From: Candidatus Brocadiia bacterium
GTDB lineage: Bacteria > Planctomycetota > Brocadiia > CAIUPP01
Length of the DNA: 64,000 bases
Reading direction: 5' to 3'
Assembly (NCBI GenBank): GCA_050015075.1
Contig: JBEKCB010000006.1
Coordinates: 64,001 to 128,000 of the forward strand
This document shows positions 55,993-64,000 of the stretch, piece after piece. The position numbers and the translations under genes were made by a program. The notes beneath the pieces were generated by a model. The model did no database searches. It worked only from the letters and a program-made list of their open reading frames with translations, and was not told where the DNA came from. The first letter of the stretch is position 1. Every line of letters starts with the position of its first letter.

Positions 55993-57924
55993 CTATTGAT
56001 TGAACTGGATCTGTTCGATGTCGCTCGCGACCGGGTCTTCCAGGTTGAGCCGGATGCGCTGGTCCATGTCTTTCACGCCGACCACGATTTTACGCGGAAC
56101 CGCGTCCTTCTGATCGGCCGTGGAGGCGGTGGGATCCTGCAGGCCCTTCTCAAGGGCGCTGAAGTACTCGCGCGCCTTGAAGACCTCGGCGGAAGTGCCA
56201 TAGGCGGTATTCTGCGCGTCAAAGCGTTTGGCCTCGGCTTCCGCCACGGACACGCGCGTCGTATAGTAACTCTGCGCGTTCAGCTTGACGATGGCCGTCT
56301 CGCTCTTGGCGGTGGCGAGGGTCGCTTCTTTGAACTGCTCCGCTCCCAGCCGGGTCGTCTCCAGTTCGGTCTGCGCGTCAATGACCGCGTGGAACGCCTC
56401 CGGAACGCCCTGCTCGACCGGCGGGTGCATGCCTTCGACGCCGACGGCCAGAATCTCCACCCCAAGGCCGTTGCCTTGCCGTGTTTCGACCTCATCCGCC
56501 GCCTGCTGCATGTTCGCGCGCAGTGTCTTCCCGGCTTCCTCCCGGCCTTTGGACATGACTTCGAAGAGGTCCACGCCGGCCAGGTACTTGATCTGTTCGC
56601 GCTCGCAGATCGCCTCGAGCAGTCGCTCCGGCTCGGGGCTGGAGTAGTACCATTTCTTCACGTCGCTGATCTTGTAGCGAATCGTCGTGGTGGCCACCAG
56701 GAGGTTGACCGGCAGCTCTTTCTCGCTGATATTCTTATCGGCTTCCCGCCGGGCGACCATGACGTTGTATTCTTTCTCGTAGTGCCGGTTCGTCCAGAGG
56801 AGTGTGTCGGTTTCCGCTTCCCTGCCGGAGTGCCCGAGGGAAATCGTCTTGACCTCGTTGGCCGGGAAGCGATAGACGCGCTCGATCGGCCAGGGCAGCT
56901 TGAAGTGGAAGCCCGGCGTCAGCACCGGCGCCACGAACACGCCGCGCCGCTCCAGGACGCCCTGCTGCTCGGCCCCGACGACGACGAAGCTGCTCAGCAG
57001 GTAGAGCGTCACCAGATCGAAAAGGATCAGCGGCGCGATCCATTGTTCGGTGAAGCGATAGAGCCAGGTCTGCGACACGCGGAAGCCGAACTGGTAGTCG
57101 AGCGTCGAGGAGACCGTCTTGAGCAGGCCGGTGGGCATCACCAGAATGCCCAGCACGCGGCTGTCGTAGGCGGGCCGCTCTTCGACGCCTTCGACGCGCG
57201 GACGGTAGAAGTCGAAGACGAAGTTGATGAGGATTTCAATCGCGACGATGCCCATCAGGCCCAGCATCGCATAGGCGCACGGGTCGTCGAAATCGTCCCC
57301 GATCCCGAATCGCGCCACGCCATGCGATATCACGGTCACCGCGGCGAACAGCGTGTTCAACATCATGAAACTGGCGCAGGCCCGCAACGGACGCCATTCG
57401 GCCTGTCGCGACATCCCTGCGGAGTACTTGGCGAACAGGAAAAAGACAAACGTCGCCACCGCGAAGATGCACATCATCCAGACCATGTCGAGGCCGGTCC
57501 GGTCCACCAGCAGCTTGACGACGTTGAAAAACAGCGACAACCCGACGATGGCCGCCAGCCCCAGGCCGATGCCCAGCGAGAAGATCGGCGTGATGTACTT
57601 GTTCAGGATCCGCAGCCGGTTTCGAGCGGTGAACGCCTGGATCTCGTCCTCATCGAACAGCCGCCCGCGCGCGCCGCCGGCGGCCCGTTCGGCCTCCATC
57701 CGCTCCCATTCCATCTGTTCTTCTTCCGCCAGCCCGACCTGGCGCATCCGGATCAGCGAGATCAGCCAGACCAGGGCGCCGATGAAAAGCTGGCAGCTCA
57801 GAACATACGTGCACGAGCATCCCGTGCGCCAACAGATGACCAGGCAGAAGATGACGCCGATCAATTGTACAATCAGGCCGGCAACCGCCACGTGTTCAGC
57901 CGGCTTCCGATCGAGCCTTGCCAC
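55993..57924 (-). CDS. SPFH/HflK-like protein fused to an N-terminal multi-TM domain
   Basis: About 6-7 TM helices, then GVLERRG..PGFHFKLPWPIE and HPPVE...AFHAV. Confidence 0.88.
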   Translation of the reverse strand: MARLDRKPAEHVAVAGLIVQLIGVIFCLVICWRTGCSCTYVLSCQLFIGALVWLISLIRMRQVGLAEEEQMEWERMEAERAAGGARGRLFDEDEIQAFTARNRLRILNKYITPIFSLGIGLGLAAIVGLSLFFNVVKLLVDRTGLDMVWMMCIFAVATFVFFLFAKYSAGMSRQAEWRPLRACASFMMLNTLFAAVTVISHGVARFGIGDDFDDPCAYAMLGLMGIVAIEILINFVFDFYRPRVEGVEERPAYDSRVLGILVMPTGLLKTVSSTLDYQFGFRVSQTWLYRFTEQWIAPLILFDLVTLYLLSSFVVVGAEQQGVLERRGVFVAPVLTPGFHFKLPWPIERVYRFPANEVKTISLGHSGREAETDTLLWTNRHYEKEYNVMVARREADKNISEKELPVNLLVATTTIRYKISDVKKWYYSSPEPERLLEAICEREQIKYLAGVDLFEVMSKGREEAGKTLRANMQQAADEVETRQGNGLGVEILAVGVEGMHPPVEQGVPEAFHAVIDAQTELETTRLGAEQFKEATLATAKSETAIVKLNAQSYYTTRVSVAEAEAKRFDAQNTAYGTSAEVFKAREYFSALEKGLQDPTASTADQKDAVPRKIVVGVKDMDQRIRLNLEDPVASDIEQIQFNQ

Positions 57925-58019
57925 TGTGTGCTCCTCCTCCTCTGTCCGTCCGCGTAACTGCGCCGTTCAACCGGCCGCCCTCGGCGGTCCGCCCTTCGGC
58001 AGGGCCCGCCGAGCATCCG

Positions 58020-59066
58020 CTATGCTACCTGCCGCTCCTGGAATAACAGCATCCCGAGGAACAGAAAAGCGCTGATGAAAAAGAACGCGTAGATCCCCGT
58101 ATAAATCACCAGTATCGCCGGCACGGGAATGCCGGCGTTCAGAGTGTCCGAGACCCAGAACACCTGCAGGTTCGGTATCAGAGCGTATAGAATGCCCGCT
58201 AACCACTTCAGTTTCGGCGCGTTCGCGCCCAACTGCACGAAGAGATACTCCGACAGGAGCCCCAGCAGGAACATGCCGGAGCACACCGCCACGTTGACCA
58301 CGACGCTGAGGCGCGTCGAAACCGCCACCGCAAAAGCGGCCATGAGCAGGATCGCCCAGCAGCACATGATGCACGCGCGGACGACATCCAGGTTGATCCC
58401 CTTGCCGAAGGCGCCCCAGTTCTCCTTCAGGGCGCGCGTGTCCACGAAACCGAAAACGACGAAGCAGATCGTCAGCAGCGGAATGGCCGCCCCGATCGCC
58501 CGGCTCGCGAACGGCCGGTCATGGAAAAAGTTGTGGTAAAGCCCGTAGCAGACCGCCAGGAACATGCAGCCGAATACGGAAAGCACGATCCAGAGGCTGA
58601 GTTCCGTTTCAAGGTCCCCTTCCAGCGCGCCGCCGCTGACCGTGAGGACGAGCACCAGCGAAAGGAGATAGATGGCGATGATCAATCCGGTCATGATCCC
58701 GAGGAATTTGCCGAGGACAAACTCCGACCGGCCGACCGGCTTCGAGATCACCGTCAGCACCGTCCGGTTGTCAATTTCCTGCGAGATGACGTTCGAAGCG
58801 GTGAACGCCCCCACGAGCAACCCGGCGAGCATCAGCGTGGCCAGCCCCATGTCGGTGATGAACTTCGCGGACTGCATCATCGTGAACATCGTGACGTAAG
58901 GGCTGACCAGGATCATCGCCGCCGCCGAACCCACGATCGCGCCGTACACCGGCTGCCGAATGCCTTCGATGAAAGTATTCGCCGCGACGGAGTAGACTTT
59001 GACGAGGAAGTAGACGAACGGCGAAGGCCGTTCCGTCGGCTCCAGTCTGGCGCGACTTTCACCCAT
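58020..59066 (-). CDS. ABC-2-type permease
   Basis: EIDNRTVLTVISKPVGRSEFVLGKFLG and C-terminal LFQERQV. Confidence 0.88.
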   Translation of the reverse strand: MGESRARLEPTERPSPFVYFLVKVYSVAANTFIEGIRQPVYGAIVGSAAAMILVSPYVTMFTMMQSAKFITDMGLATLMLAGLLVGAFTASNVISQEIDNRTVLTVISKPVGRSEFVLGKFLGIMTGLIIAIYLLSLVLVLTVSGGALEGDLETELSLWIVLSVFGCMFLAVCYGLYHNFFHDRPFASRAIGAAIPLLTICFVVFGFVDTRALKENWGAFGKGINLDVVRACIMCCWAILLMAAFAVAVSTRLSVVVNVAVCSGMFLLGLLSEYLFVQLGANAPKLKWLAGILYALIPNLQVFWVSDTLNAGIPVPAILVIYTGIYAFFFISAFLFLGMLLFQERQVA

Positions 59067-59251
59067 GTACTGCGGCCTCACGCGGAGAACAGACGGGCAT
59101 GTGATCAGACAGTCTTACTTACAGCGTCCGCCTCGGGGACCATGCGTCGTACGAGTACCAAGGAAACTTGACGCTTTACGAATGCTGCGGACCAGACAGC
59201 AGACCGCGCCCCGGCGTCGCGTTTGGCGCCGAGCCCGAATGCGACGGGAGC

Positions 59252-59279
59252 ATTGTATCAAATGTTCAAAAAATTGCAA
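59252..59279 (-). promoter_or_regulatory. sigma70 promoter of the SPFH/P1B/ABC operon
   Basis: TTGCAA-16 nt-TACAAT with a TG extension, in an AT-rich patch. Confidence 0.6.
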
Positions 59280-59298
59280 GTCCCCTGTCGGAGAAATT

Positions 59299-60081
59299 TC
59301 AGAAGCCCCGTTCCGCCGGCCCGAAAAGCCTGATCGCATTGGCCGCGGTCCGCGCGGCGACCTCGTCGGCGGTCATTCCGCGAAGCGCCGCCAGCGCCTC
59401 CGCCACGTATCGCACAAAAGCCGGCTCGTTCCGCCGGCCCCGCACCGGTTGCGGCGCCAGATAGGGGCAATCGGTCTCGATCAGCAGTTGCTCCATCGGC
59501 GCGAGCCGGCCGATCTCGCGGAGATTCCCGGCGCTGGGGAAAGTCAGCGGTCCCGCAAACGAGATGAAAAAGCCCATCCCGATCAGCGCTTCCGCCGTCG
59601 CCCGGTCCCCCGCGAAGCAGTGCAGCACCCCGCGCAGCCCGTCGCCGGCATGCTCTTTCAGAACCGCCAGGCAATCTGCGTACGCCTCGCGGCAATGGAT
59701 CACCACCGGCAGGTTAAGCTGCAGCGCGATCCGAATCTGCGACTCGAAGACCGCCCGCTGAACGTCGCGCGGCGAACGATCATAATGATAATCCAGCCCG
59801 GTCTCGCCGATCGCCACGACGCCCGGACTTCGTGCAAGCTCAGCCAGCCGCGCCAGCGCCGCCTCGTCCGCGCCCGCCGCATCGTGCGGATGAATCCCGA
59901 CCGACGCGCAGACAAACTCCGGATTCCGCTGCGCGAGCGCAATGGCGGCCTCGCAGGAAGCCAGCCCCGTGCCCACCGTCACGATGCGCTGAACTCCCGC
60001 CTCGCGCGCCCGGTCCAGAACCGCCGTCAAGTCCGGCGCGAACCGCCCGTCGTCCAGATGTGCATGCGAGTCCGCAAGCAT
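59299..60081 (-). CDS. tatD: TatD family deoxyribonuclease
   Basis: DSHAHL, GIHPH, IGETGLDY, IHCREA, LHCF and ETDCPYL. Confidence 0.95.
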   Translation of the reverse strand: MLADSHAHLDDGRFAPDLTAVLDRAREAGVQRIVTVGTGLASCEAAIALAQRNPEFVCASVGIHPHDAAGADEAALARLAELARSPGVVAIGETGLDYHYDRSPRDVQRAVFESQIRIALQLNLPVVIHCREAYADCLAVLKEHAGDGLRGVLHCFAGDRATAEALIGMGFFISFAGPLTFPSAGNLREIGRLAPMEQLLIETDCPYLAPQPVRGRRNEPAFVRYVAEALAALRGMTADEVAARTAANAIRLFGPAERGF

Positions 60082-60149
60082 CGCAATCCGCCCTGTCTTG
60101 AAAAATCGGCTTCCACCTGATAAACTGTCCGGCGAACTGGGAATCTGAT

Positions 60150-60222
60150 TCCTCGGTAGCTCAATCGGTAGAGCGGGTGGCTGTTAACCACTAGGTTCGA
60201 GGTTCAAGTCCTCGCCGAGGAG
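60150..60222 (+). tRNA. tRNA-Asn(GTT)
   Basis: Acceptor stem TCCTCGG/CCGAGGA, anticodon loop CT-GTT-AA, T-loop TTCAAGT; followed by CCT rather than CCA. Confidence 0.96.
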
Positions 60223-60252
60223 CCTTTCAACTCGCTTCGCTCGCTCAAGGGC
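60223..60252 (-). repeat. Degenerate CCCTGAGC..CGAAGGG family repeat abutting the tRNA 3' end
   Basis: Reverse complement reads gcccttgagcgagcgaagcgagttgaaagg. Confidence 0.55.
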
Positions 60253-60298
60253 GGAGCGAGTTGTGTTTTATTGGCCACCCGCGCGCGCACCGCCGCGA

Positions 60299-62122
60299 TC
60301 ATTTCTTCCCAACCGCTTCCCGGATGGCCTCCAGGAACACTCGCCCGTACTTCGCGACCTTGCGCTCGCCCAAGCCGAAGACTTCCAGGAGTTCCGCCTC
60401 GGTCGTCGGCTTCCGGCGGGCCATGTCGAGCAGCGACGCGTCATGGAAGACGACGTACGCGGGAATGCCTTTCGAGTCGGCGATCTCGCGCCGCAGCGCG
60501 CGCAGCGCCTCGAACAATTCCTGGTCCACGCCCTCCATCGAGACCTTCGCGGCGCGCGCGGACTTCGCCGGCCGCTTCTTCTTCGGCTCGCGTTTCTTCG
60601 GCGGCTCCAGGAGGTTCGGCGTGTCCAGGCCCTTGAGCACGCGCCGGCCCTGCTCGGTCACGGCCAGCACCTTGAACTCGCCCACGCGGTCCAGGCATCC
60701 CTGCGAGGCCAGTTGCTCGATCCAGTCGCGGACGGCGCGCTTGGAATAATCCCGGAGCAGCCCGTACGTCGAGAGCTGATCGTGCCGGTTCCGCAGAATC
60801 CGCTCGTCGCTCGAGCCGGTGAGGACCAGCGCGGTGTAATCGCCGCCGAACCGCTCGCCCTGCCGGAGGACGCAGGATAGGATTTTCTGCGCGGTCACGA
60901 GCGAGTCTTTCATCCCTTTCACGTCGCCGAGGCATACGTCGCATGCGCCGCAGTTGTCCCTGGCCGGGTCCTGGCCGAAGTAGGCGAGAATCTCCTTCCG
61001 GCGGCAGGCGCTGGCGGTGCAGTACGAATACATGTGGTTGAGCTTCTCCAGCGAAATCGTCCGCGCGACCGGTTCGGTGTTCTCCAGGATGCTCCTCCAC
61101 ACGCCGTAGTCGCCGCCGGAGTAAAGCAGGATGCATTCGGCGGGAAGCCCGTCGCGCCCGGCGCGGCCGCTTTCCTGCTGGTAGTGTTCGAGCGATTTCG
61201 GCATGCCGGCGTGGATCACGCAGCGGACGTTCGACTTGTCAATGCCCATGCCGAACGCGACGGTCGCGACAATGATGTCCGCTCGCTCGCGGATGAACGC
61301 GTCCTGGTTGGTCTTGCGCGCCTCGTCGTCCATGCCGGCGTGGTATGGCAGCGCGCGATAACCCTTGTCGGCGAGGCCCTCGCACAGCTCATCCACGTCC
61401 ACCCGGCGAATGCAGTAGACCAGCGCCGATTCGCCTTTGTGCCGGTCGAGGATCCCGCTGACCTGGCCGAGCCGGTTTTCGCGGCGCTCGACGCGATAGA
61501 CCAGGTTCGGCCGGTCGAACGAGCCGACCAGGATTTTCGGATCGGCCAGCCGCAGTTGCAGCGCGACGTCCGCGCGGACCTTTTCGGTGGCCGTGGCCGT
61601 ATAGGCGTGAATCGCCATCTTCGGAAACAGGTCGCGCAGTTGCCCGAGCTGCCGATACTCCGGCCGGAAATCATGGCCCCACATGCTGATGCAGTGCGCC
61701 TCGTCAATGGCGATGAAGGACGGCTTCAGCCGCTTCAGAAGCTCGATGAAGGAATCGGAGACCAGCCGCTCCGGCGCGACGTACAGCAGCTTCAGCGCGC
61801 GGCAGCGGATTTTCTGCATCGCGTCGTTCTGCTCCGCCGCGGTCAGCGAGCTGTCCAGCCGCGCGGCCGACACGCCGCATTCGAGCAAGCCGTCCACCTG
61901 GTCCTTCATCAGCGCGATCAGCGGCGAGACGATGACCGCCATTCCCGGCAGGACCACCGCCGGCGCCTGGAAGCACAGCGACTTGCCACCGCCGGTCGGC
62001 AGCACCACCAGCGAATCCTGCCCGGCGACCACCGCCGACATAGCCTCCTTCTGGAGCGGCAGGAACGAGCCGTATCCCCAGTACTGCTTCAGTGCTTTTT
62101 CAAGGTCGGGCAAGGCGCGCAT
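60299..62122 (-). CDS. recQ: ATP-dependent DNA helicase RecQ
   Basis: PTGGGKSLCFQ, DEAHCISMWGHDFRP, QESGRAGRDG, Zn-binding RQC and HRDC domains. Confidence 0.97.
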   Translation of the reverse strand: MRALPDLEKALKQYWGYGSFLPLQKEAMSAVVAGQDSLVVLPTGGGKSLCFQAPAVVLPGMAVIVSPLIALMKDQVDGLLECGVSAARLDSSLTAAEQNDAMQKIRCRALKLLYVAPERLVSDSFIELLKRLKPSFIAIDEAHCISMWGHDFRPEYRQLGQLRDLFPKMAIHAYTATATEKVRADVALQLRLADPKILVGSFDRPNLVYRVERRENRLGQVSGILDRHKGESALVYCIRRVDVDELCEGLADKGYRALPYHAGMDDEARKTNQDAFIRERADIIVATVAFGMGIDKSNVRCVIHAGMPKSLEHYQQESGRAGRDGLPAECILLYSGGDYGVWRSILENTEPVARTISLEKLNHMYSYCTASACRRKEILAYFGQDPARDNCGACDVCLGDVKGMKDSLVTAQKILSCVLRQGERFGGDYTALVLTGSSDERILRNRHDQLSTYGLLRDYSKRAVRDWIEQLASQGCLDRVGEFKVLAVTEQGRRVLKGLDTPNLLEPPKKREPKKKRPAKSARAAKVSMEGVDQELFEALRALRREIADSKGIPAYVVFHDASLLDMARRKPTTEAELLEVFGLGERKVAKYGRVFLEAIREAVGKK

Positions 62123-62209
62123 CCGGATACAGAGGTTATTGCGGCCATCGGCGACGGGCTTCGATTATACGAATTCCGCCCGGCCGGCGCCATGCCCGCG
62201 AAAACCCGC

Positions 62210-62238
62210 TTGACAGAACCGCCCGCTAAAGACAGAAT
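62210..62238 (+). promoter_or_regulatory. sigma70 promoter of iorA, near-leaderless
   Basis: TTGACA-17 nt-CAGAAT ends 10 nt before the ATG; no SD sequence. Confidence 0.55.
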
Positions 62239-62248
62239 CCTTCGCAAC

Positions 62249-63817
62249 ATGAGCGAGACCGAACGACTGCTGTTGAGTGGCGACGAGGCCATCGCCCTGG
62301 CGGCCCGCGATGCGGGCGTCGCGCTGGGCGCCGGTTATCCGGGAACGCCCTCCACCGAGATCCTTGAGCGTTTCTCGGAACTGGGCGGGCGGGCGCAGTG
62401 GGCGCCGAATGAGAAGGTGGCGATGGAGGTCGCCCTCGGCGCCGCCTTCGGCAACGCGCGCGCGATGGTGACGATGAAGCACGTCGGCCTCAACGTGGCC
62501 GCCGACCCGCTCTTCACCGCCGCGTACACCGGCGTGGCCGCTGCGCTGGTCGTAGTCTCCGCCGACGACCCGGGCATGGCTTCGAGCCAGAACGAGCAGG
62601 ACAACCGGCACTACGCCGTCGCCGCGGGCGTGCCGATGCTGGAGCCTTCGGATTCGCAGGAGGCGTACGATTTCACCGCGGCGGCCATCGAGATTTCCGA
62701 ACGCTGGCACATCCCGGTGCTGCTGCGCATCACCACGCGAGTCTGCCACTCCAAGACCATCGTCCGCCCGCGAAAGCTCGCGCCGCCGCCGGCCGCGCCG
62801 AACTTCGAGCGCGACATTCCAGGCCGCGTCATGATCCCTGCGTACGCCCGGCCCGCGCATCGCCGGCTGAGGCAGAAGCTCGCGGAGATCGCGCGGTGGA
62901 ACGAATCGAGCGAATGGAACCGCGTCATACCCGGCGACCCGGCGCTCGGCATCATCACCTCCGGGATTGCGTTCATGCACGCGCGCGAGGCCGCGCCGGA
63001 GGCGTCCGTGCTCAAGCTCGGCCTGACTTATCCCCTGCCGATCGAGAAGGCCCGGCAGTTCGCGCAGAGCGTCCGGCGCTGCATCGTGATCGAGGAAGGC
63101 GATCCCTGGCTGGCGGATGCCCTCCGCGCGGCGGGCATCGCCGTCGAGGGCAAGCCGGAGATGTACCGCTTCGGCGAGCTGAACGTCGAGCGCGTCCGGC
63201 GGATTCTGGCCGGCGACGTCAGCCCGGAATTCTCGCCGCCGCCGGGCAAGCCGCCGCAGCTCTGCCCGGGCTGTCCGCATCGCGCCGTGTTCGAGACGCT
63301 GGGCAAGCTCAAGTGCATCGTGGCCGGCGACATCGGCTGCTACACGCTCGGCGTGCTGCCGCCGTTCCAGGCGATGGATTCCTGCGTCTGCATGGGCGCG
63401 AGCATCGGCGTCGGCCTCGGCCTGCGGCACGTGCTGCCGCCGGAGCAGGCCCGGCGCGTGGTGAGCGTCATCGGCGACAGCACGTTCGTGCACAGCGGCG
63501 TCACCGGCCTCATCGAGATGGCGTACAACCCGCCGCTGACCGGGCACGTGGTCGTCATCCTGGATAACGGCACGACGGCGATGACCGGCCTGCAGGAGCA
63601 TCCGGGCACGGGCCGCCGCCTCGCCGGCGAGCCGACGCACCGGCTGGTCTTCGAGGAACTCGCCAGGGTTATCGGAATCGGGAACGTGCACGTCGTGGAC
63701 CCGACGAAGGACATGCAGGGGTTCGAGCAGTTGCTCTCGGACAGCCTCGCGCGCGCCGAGTTGACCGTGATCGTTGCGCGCCGCCCGTGCCTGCTCTCCG
63801 CCAAGAAGCGCCAGTGA
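62249..63817 (+). CDS. iorA: Indolepyruvate ferredoxin oxidoreductase alpha subunit
   Basis: YPGTPSTEI, NEKVA, KHVGLNVAADP, SSQNEQD, CPGCPHR, GDIGCY and GDSTF.HSG...DN.TTAMTG. Confidence 0.93.
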   Translation: MSETERLLLSGDEAIALAARDAGVALGAGYPGTPSTEILERFSELGGRAQWAPNEKVAMEVALGAAFGNARAMVTMKHVGLNVAADPLFTAAYTGVAAALVVVSADDPGMASSQNEQDNRHYAVAAGVPMLEPSDSQEAYDFTAAAIEISERWHIPVLLRITTRVCHSKTIVRPRKLAPPPAAPNFERDIPGRVMIPAYARPAHRRLRQKLAEIARWNESSEWNRVIPGDPALGIITSGIAFMHAREAAPEASVLKLGLTYPLPIEKARQFAQSVRRCIVIEEGDPWLADALRAAGIAVEGKPEMYRFGELNVERVRRILAGDVSPEFSPPPGKPPQLCPGCPHRAVFETLGKLKCIVAGDIGCYTLGVLPPFQAMDSCVCMGASIGVGLGLRHVLPPEQARRVVSVIGDSTFVHSGVTGLIEMAYNPPLTGHVVVILDNGTTAMTGLQEHPGTGRRLAGEPTHRLVFEELARVIGIGNVHVVDPTKDMQGFEQLLSDSLARAELTVIVARRPCLLSAKKRQ

Positions 63818-64000
63818 GGGACTGCGAGTGGGCGCCGACTGCACGATCATTATTAACGGATCGCGCAAGGAGACGGTTAAGGCCGGCTCCCGCCTTCTGT
63901 ACGCCCTCTGGAGCAGAAAAATCTTCATCCCGTCGCTCTGCGGCGGACAGGGCAAGTGCGGCCGCTGCAAGGTCAAGGTCGTGAAAGGCGGCGGCGAGCG

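Noticed and set aside
59067-59250. Possible metal-sensing riboswitch in the 180-nt leader of the SPFH operon
   Set aside because: No NiCo, yybP-ykoY or cobalamin consensus was recognisable by eye; an Rfam scan is needed
61034-63817. Apparent 927-aa IorA fusion
   Set aside because: The first 405 aa are antisense to recQ and the intergenic region; the promoter and ATG are at 62210-62249
1-64000. CRISPR array, integron attC array, transposase, integrase or prophage
   Set aside because: No regularly spaced repeats or mobile-element genes were seen; the palindromes are dispersed and REP-like

Overview
High-GC bacterial chromosomal window. The many N-terminal zinc-ribbon orphans and the overall gene content suggest an anaerobic PVC-superphylum (Planctomycetota-like) organism; this taxon is inferred, not shown. 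1-15.8 kb is mosaic: a GT4, tilS, secreted CAZyme-like proteins, a nucleoside hydrolase, a Tes/MJ0619-like radical SAM enzyme and several palindromic repeat families. 16-34.5 kb is mostly housekeeping: argG, cinA, pilT, rpiB, tsaC, argC, argJ, a probable 6S RNA, rarA and 5-FTHF cyclo-ligase. 34.5-47 kb is a Wood-Ljungdahl acs cluster (cooC-acsA-acsB-acsC-acsV-cooC2-acsD-acsE) interrupted by a clpP and a class I methyltransferase. 47.2-59.1 kb is an 8-gene operon I cannot assign to a described system: three SPFH/HflKC-like proteins, an atypical P1B ATPase, an ABC-2-type module and a membrane-anchored hypothetical, with no ftsH. Its hflC-like gene carries an in-frame TAG. The window ends with tatD, tRNA-Asn, recQ and iorA. 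All calls come from reading motifs by eye; no database searches were run.
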